NCBI GenBank assembly: GCA_963668355.1
Contig: OY764265.1
Location: 128,001-192,000 of the forward strand
DNA length: 64,000 nt
Direction: 5' to 3'
From: Bdellovibrionota bacterium
Lineage (GTDB): Bacteria; Bdellovibrionota_G; JALEGL01; DATDPG01
Part shown: piece after piece, positions 59,418 through 64,000 of the stretch
Position numbering within the stretch: position 1 is the first letter of the stretch
Layout: each line of letters begins with the position of its first letter
Translations under genes and position numbers: made by a program
Notes under the pieces: model-generated
What the model was told of the DNA's origin: nothing
The model's database searches: none
Seen by the model: only the letters and a program-made list of their open reading frames with translations

Positions 59418-61081
59418 AGATGCTCAACTCTTGACTGCGCATATTGAGACAGGGCCGGACGATCGATTTTAATGTTGTGTCGCACATCTGTCGGAAATTC
59501 ATCCTTAAAGATAATGGTGCGAATACCCGCCGTGAGTTCCATTTCTTTAGCCATTCGTAACAAGTCCACCCGAACCTTTTCCCGTTCTGAAGAAGGCTCT
59601 CCCTGCACCACCAACACCGGAAGCACTTGTCCCTGACTTCCTCTCACACCCACCAACGCCGAACGCAATACGTGAGGATGTTGATTGAAAATTCCTTCGC
59701 ACTGGACAGGATACAATTCATTGTTTTCCAAACTCACACGATGGTCTTTTCGACCACAGAGCCAGAGCTTTCCGTCATCATCGATATAGCCCAAGTCTCC
59801 CATTCGATGCCAAAAACTTCCTTCACCTGGCTCTTGATCAAAAATCTTGGCCATTCGATTAGAGTCCGGTCGATTGAAATAGGAACGTGTCACAATCTTG
59901 CCTTGAACCACAATCTCCCCGATTTGATTTACCCCCAATGGAGTGACTTGAGCCCACCGTTCCAAAGGCTCGTCGGAGATTTGAATCACACGCATGTCCA
60001 CATGAGAAAGTGGCCTGCCCACACATACGCCCTTTCCCGAACGCGTTTGAGCAAAGCAATCTCCCAAAAGTTCAACATCTCCAATATTCGTAAGTGGCAG
60101 GGCTTCGGTTGCCCCGTACGGGGTATACACTCGACCGGAGGCACCCATCACTTCCTTGGCATCTCGAATAATTTTTTCTGAAACCGGGGCTCCGGCCATG
60201 AGGATTCGCCTGAGCGACGGAAGTTGAATGTTCTTTTTCTTACAAGCCAACATGATGCGACGGAAAATGGCGGGGGATCCTGCGGTATGCGTAACTCCGT
60301 ATTTTTGAATGGTTTTTGCGAGCTTCGCTCCATTCACTTTTGCGGGCTTGGCTGGATCCATATCTGGAATGATGGACGTGATTCCCCATGCCGCACTAAA
60401 CAGCGCAAATAAAGGAAAGGGAACCAAGTCAATCTCATCTGATCCCACACCATAGGTTTCTTTCAGTATGGATTGTTGTTGCTCAAAAATTCCGTGGGTC
60501 AACTCCACCCCTTTCGGAACTCCCGTGCTCCCACTCGTAAAAATGATGGCAGCAGGATCACTTTCTCCCAAAACCACGCCGACATTCTCGGGGGCCGCCT
60601 GCACATGTGAGCAATGACAAACGGAATGCACATATTTGGATCCGAAAAGAATTGGCAGAATCGGAGAGGAAGAGAGACAAAGTCGGGTTTTTACAGATTC
60701 GAAGGCTCCAGGAAATAGTTTGGTTAACATATGAGCCAGAGGAACACCCACCAAGGCTTCGGGTCGAACCTCTTTCAAACAAAGTAGCATATTTTTCAAC
60801 TTCATCCCCGGATCAATGAAAACGGGAACAGCCCCGACTCGGAAGAGACCGAATATCACGGGAACGAAATTCAACCCCGGACGAACGAGGGTCGCAACTC
60901 GGGTGCCTCGACCTATGCCGACCTTAGAAAAAACGTTGGCCATGCGCGAGGTTTCAGCATCCATATGGGCAAACGAAATGGAGTGTCCTTTTGAATCGAT
61001 GGAGGCCGTTTTTCCAGGAACCTCCTTGGCTCGATCAAACAAGTGACGAGAAACGTTGCAGTTCTTGCTTTCCGCCATCAT
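59414..61081 (-). CDS. oleC: OleC, beta-lactone synthetase (AMP-dependent ligase)
   Basis: IDPGM, FTSGSTGVPKG, TPYGATEALP, WHRMGDLG, CGRK.HRV, FPTDVRHNIKI. Confidence 0.88.
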   Translation of the reverse strand: MMAESKNCNVSRHLFDRAKEVPGKTASIDSKGHSISFAHMDAETSRMANVFSKVGIGRGTRVATLVRPGLNFVPVIFGLFRVGAVPVFIDPGMKLKNMLLCLKEVRPEALVGVPLAHMLTKLFPGAFESVKTRLCLSSSPILPILFGSKYVHSVCHCSHVQAAPENVGVVLGESDPAAIIFTSGSTGVPKGVELTHGIFEQQQSILKETYGVGSDEIDLVPFPLFALFSAAWGITSIIPDMDPAKPAKVNGAKLAKTIQKYGVTHTAGSPAIFRRIMLACKKKNIQLPSLRRILMAGAPVSEKIIRDAKEVMGASGRVYTPYGATEALPLTNIGDVELLGDCFAQTRSGKGVCVGRPLSHVDMRVIQISDEPLERWAQVTPLGVNQIGEIVVQGKIVTRSYFNRPDSNRMAKIFDQEPGEGSFWHRMGDLGYIDDDGKLWLCGRKDHRVSLENNELYPVQCEGIFNQHPHVLRSALVGVRGSQGQVLPVLVVQGEPSSEREKVRVDLLRMAKEMELTAGIRTIIFKDEFPTDVRHNIKIDRPALSQYAQSRVEHL

Positions 61082-61977
61082 TGACTCACTTCATTCAAAA
61101 AGGTTTTCACAATGGGAAGAATTTCCTCCCCTGCATCTTCCAGAACAAGATGCCCTGCACGGTCAAAAACATGGGAACGAGCTTGAGGGAAACGTTCTTG
61201 CCACTCCCTTAAAAAGGACAGCGTAAAACACCAATCTTTTTCTCCCCAACAAAGAAGCATCGGATGATTTTTGAGCGTCTTCAATCCTCGCTCAATGAAT
61301 CCCAATTCTTCCCAACTCGGATGAGAGGACTTCATGGGAATATCCTCGACAAAACGAAGAGTGGCAATGCGATGTGCAAACGAATCATAGGGCGCCAAAT
61401 AACCGGATTTCACGTCACGAGGCAATCGATTCTCAGAAGCCATCACGGTCGCTCCCCGAGCAAAACCGTTCAAGCCTTGCACCAAGAGCTTACCCAAGAA
61501 AGGAATCCTACAAATGGCGATTCGAAGCGGAATCTGTTTGGAGGGAAAGGCCGCCGTATTGAAAAGAACAAAGGCTTTCACATTCCGGGGAAAACGAACG
61601 GCATACCCCATCCCAATCGCCCCTCCCCAATCGTGTAAAAATAACGTGATGTCTTTAAGTCCCAAGTGCTCGATCAACGTGGTTAAATTCTTCACGTGCT
61701 GTGAAAGGCGATAAGCGTAAGTTTGAGGCTTATCCGAACGACCGCAACCAACATGGTCCAATGCAATCACCCGATACTTCGTTCGCAAATGCTGAACCAA
61801 ATTTCTCCAGAGAAAAGACCATGTCGGATTTCCATGAACCATCACCAACACCGGAGCATTTTCTCTTGATTCACACTCGTCGATATAGTGCATCTTTGTG
61901 CCATCAAGGTCGATGTAATGCCGTTCAAAGGGGAAAAGATTTTGAAGCGAGTTCACACTCAAGGTTTTACCACTCAA
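61078..61977 (-). CDS. oleB: OleB, beta-lactone decarboxylase (haloalkane-dehalogenase-like alpha/beta hydrolase)
   Basis: HGNPTWSF, DHVGCG.SDKP, HDWGGAIG, NTAAF, GHLVLED. Confidence 0.85.
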   Translation of the reverse strand: MSGKTLSVNSLQNLFPFERHYIDLDGTKMHYIDECESRENAPVLVMVHGNPTWSFLWRNLVQHLRTKYRVIALDHVGCGRSDKPQTYAYRLSQHVKNLTTLIEHLGLKDITLFLHDWGGAIGMGYAVRFPRNVKAFVLFNTAAFPSKQIPLRIAICRIPFLGKLLVQGLNGFARGATVMASENRLPRDVKSGYLAPYDSFAHRIATLRFVEDIPMKSSHPSWEELGFIERGLKTLKNHPMLLCWGEKDWCFTLSFLREWQERFPQARSHVFDRAGHLVLEDAGEEILPIVKTFLNEVSQ

Positions 61978-63019
61978 GGCCCATCATAATCGAGACCAAG
62001 CCACTTCCAATGCCCATTAATAGCGTTTTGTCGTTCTTACTGAGATGGCCTTCGATTTCAGCCAAAGCCAATGTCACGCCAATGGAAGCGGATCCCATAT
62101 TCCCGAGACTCGGAAATGTAGGGTAGTCCTTTCGAGGATCCAATCCCATGGACTCAAAAAGAAGATTCCGATGAGCCGATCCCACTTGATGCGTGATGAT
62201 TCGATCCAGGGTCTCCGGAGACCATTGGAGAAGCCGACAAATCTCTCCAAAATTTTGATTCGCCAGCGCCACCCCCGCATGCAACATGCTTTCACTGTCC
62301 GTCACCATGTCCACTTGCGTTCGCGTGCTTTCCTCGGAAGAAATTCCTCCCTGACATAGTCCGTGATGTTCCGTTGCACATTGAGAACTCATGCCCAACA
62401 TCCGGTGTCCTTGCGAAGCCAATTCTTCTTTGGCCACCACGGCAGCCACCCCACCCGATCCAATCGTGAGAGAGGCAAAGCTGCTTTTCATGGATTGCCG
62501 AGTCAAAGAAGCGTCTTGATTCATCCGATCAATCGTCGTCTCAACCAGTGCGCGACCATCCTCTCCGCTCACCACCAAACCGGCCTCGATCCTCCCGGCT
62601 TGCACCATGCTGGCCAGAAGGGAAAGACCATCCATCCAACCCAAACAAGCATCTGACAAATCGAAAACTTGGCAGCCAGAAGATAAACCCAACCCATGAT
62701 GAACGACCGTTGCCGTAGCAGGTTCGAGAAAATCACGACAAACCGAAGCGTGAATCAAACATCCAATCTTCGAAGGATCAATCCCCGACTTCTCAATAGC
62801 TTCTCGGCCCGCCTTCAGACTCATCTCGCTCGGTCTCAAGCCAGGCTCTCCCCACCTCCGTGACTTAATTCCGGTCATGAGTTCCAATCGTCCGACATGC
62901 AACCCCAGGCGCTCATATAAAGGAGATAGCCTGTTCTCGATTTCTTCCGAAGAGACAACGCGAGGCGGCAAAAACGTCCCCAAACCGGCTAAACAAACTG
63001 ACTCATATTGATGTTGCAT
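61967..63019 (-). CDS. oleA: OleA, KAS III/thiolase-fold head-to-head condensing enzyme
   Basis: SVCRDFLEPATA (catalytic Glu), ACLG (Cys), FASLTIGSG, HQVG, GNMGSAS. Confidence 0.88.
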   Translation of the reverse strand: MQHQYESVCLAGLGTFLPPRVVSSEEIENRLSPLYERLGLHVGRLELMTGIKSRRWGEPGLRPSEMSLKAGREAIEKSGIDPSKIGCLIHASVCRDFLEPATATVVHHGLGLSSGCQVFDLSDACLGWMDGLSLLASMVQAGRIEAGLVVSGEDGRALVETTIDRMNQDASLTRQSMKSSFASLTIGSGGVAAVVAKEELASQGHRMLGMSSQCATEHHGLCQGGISSEESTRTQVDMVTDSESMLHAGVALANQNFGEICRLLQWSPETLDRIITHQVGSAHRNLLFESMGLDPRKDYPTFPSLGNMGSASIGVTLALAEIEGHLSKNDKTLLMGIGSGLVSIMMGLEW

Positions 63020-63043
63020 TGGATTTCATTGAACCTAACAAAT

Positions 63044-63061
63044 ATTTCAGATATGTGAAAT
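63044..63061. promoter_or_regulatory. Operator-like inverted repeat ATTTCA-N6-TGAAAT between oleA and the regulator
   Basis: ATTTCAGATATGTGAAAT in a roughly 50-bp divergent intergenic region. Confidence 0.6.
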
Positions 63062-63070
63062 TTGAAAATT

Positions 63071-63703
63071 ATGAAAAACACAGACGCATTATCCGAAGAA
63101 GTACAATCTGAAATTCATGAATTTGAAAAATCCTTGCAGGTTTTTGGTTTTAAACGAACCGAAGCCTCCATATATGGTTATTTGGCTCTAAGTGAGCAGC
63201 CTCAAACCGCGGATGAGATCTGCACGGCACTAAATCTTTCTCAAGGGGCCGTTAGTCAAGGATTGAAAAGGCTGGCTCAATGGGGGGGCATCGACTCCCA
63301 ATACGACTCCACCCGAAGGGCCCACCTTCACTCCGCCGTGGAAGACAGCATGAAAATCGTGGGCAAAATCTTTAAACGCCGAGAACAAGACGCCATTTTG
63401 AACATCAAAAATGTGGCCAAGAAGGCCCTTGAGAGATGCACGAGAGAAGGAGATGGCCAGTTTCACCCACGCGTGATTCGCCTGAAGTCGATCATTTTAA
63501 CCTGTGAAACCGCTGAGGCCGTCATCAAGTTCATTCTCTCAATGAGCGGCATTTCGGATCAAAAGAAAACCAGCACCATCGTCAGGGCACTTCCCAAAAC
63601 ATTTGAGTTTCTGGTTTTTGGAACGGCAACCGCCAACACCATCGCATCCAAAATAAAGGGAATTTTGGGCGCCGCGTCTGGGGAGAACAAACAATGGCAT
63701 TGA
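63071..63703 (+). CDS. GbsR/MarR-like winged-helix transcriptional regulator
   Basis: FGFKRTEASIYGYL, TADEI...LNLSQGAVSQGLKRL..WG. Confidence 0.75.
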   Translation: MKNTDALSEEVQSEIHEFEKSLQVFGFKRTEASIYGYLALSEQPQTADEICTALNLSQGAVSQGLKRLAQWGGIDSQYDSTRRAHLHSAVEDSMKIVGKIFKRREQDAILNIKNVAKKALERCTREGDGQFHPRVIRLKSIILTCETAEAVIKFILSMSGISDQKKTSTIVRALPKTFEFLVFGTATANTIASKIKGILGAASGENKQWH

Positions 63704-64000
63704 GCAAACGTATCGTAATTACCGGGATCGGCCTGACCGCGCCCAATGGAAATGACCTCACCAGTTATCGAAAAGCCCTTTTGAATAAAGTTCCGGGCGT
63801 TCAAACCTTCGAAACACGCCATATGGGGAATGTGCCTGCGGGTGTCTGTGATTTCGATGAGTTCAAATATCAGAAAAGAAAAGAACGACGACGAGGAACA
63901 CGAGCGGGATCCGTGGCCATCTATTGTGGAAACGAAGCTCTGATCGACGCGGGCTTAACGGAAGAAAGGATCGAACAAAAATCCTCAAACATCGGGGTTT
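63694..64000 (+). CDS. Beta-ketoacyl-ACP synthase (FabF/FabB-like), 5' part only
   Basis: Hand translation MALSKRIVITGIGLTAPNGNDL...AGVCDFDE...RRGTRAGSVAIYC..EAL.DAGL; GGGAG SD; overlaps the regulator stop. Confidence 0.8.
   Translation, partial: MALSKRIVITGIGLTAPNGNDLTSYRKALLNKVPGVQTFETRHMGNVPAGVCDFDEFKYQKRKERRRGTRAGSVAIYCGNEALIDAGLTEERIEQKSSNIGV

Noticed and set aside
61078..61977. Haloalkane dehalogenase
   Set aside because: Position between oleA and oleC favours OleB, which belongs to the same fold family.
1..64000. CRISPR arrays, tRNA/rRNA, IS elements, prophage and defence genes
   Set aside because: No spaced direct repeats, tRNA T-loop signatures, or transposase, integrase or phage motifs recognised by eye; intergenic gaps are short. 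A tRNAscan/Rfam run would be needed to exclude small RNAs.

Overview
Gene-dense bacterial chromosomal window with about 56 CDS. I recognised no rRNA, tRNA, CRISPR array, integrase or transposase. Gene content (myxobacterial-type Cys-rich repeat, PilZ-GAF-GGDEF, MMPL, rubrerythrin, 2-oxoacid oxidoreductase) loosely suggests a Deltaproteobacteria-like lineage (Bdellovibrionota/Myxococcota grade); this is an impression, not a phylogeny. The main themes are: (i) peptide/amino-acid uptake and catabolism (OPT + PqqD-like protein + M20 peptidase, POT-like MFS, AbgT, ammonia-lyase, two glutamate dehydrogenases, GlnA, 2-oxoacid oxidoreductase, PntAB); (ii) cysteine synthesis and redox defence (cysE-cysK, MsrB-MsrA, rubrerythrin); (iii) a surface glycan/glycolipid locus; (iv) nucleoside salvage; (v) an oleABCD olefin/beta-lactone cluster. 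The strongest candidates for undescribed systems are: the ole operon extended by translationally coupled acpS and a nitrilase-family gene, opposite a regulator-ketosynthase unit; a 2-oxoacid oxidoreductase with a gamma/GltD-like flavoprotein/ferredoxin fusion; a GDH-linked PPDK-N-only protein behind a long leader hairpin; an ammonia-lyase with Ala-Cys-Gly at the MIO site; and an RRE-like protein coupled to an OPT transporter with no RiPP enzymes. All calls come from motif recognition by eye; no searches were run.
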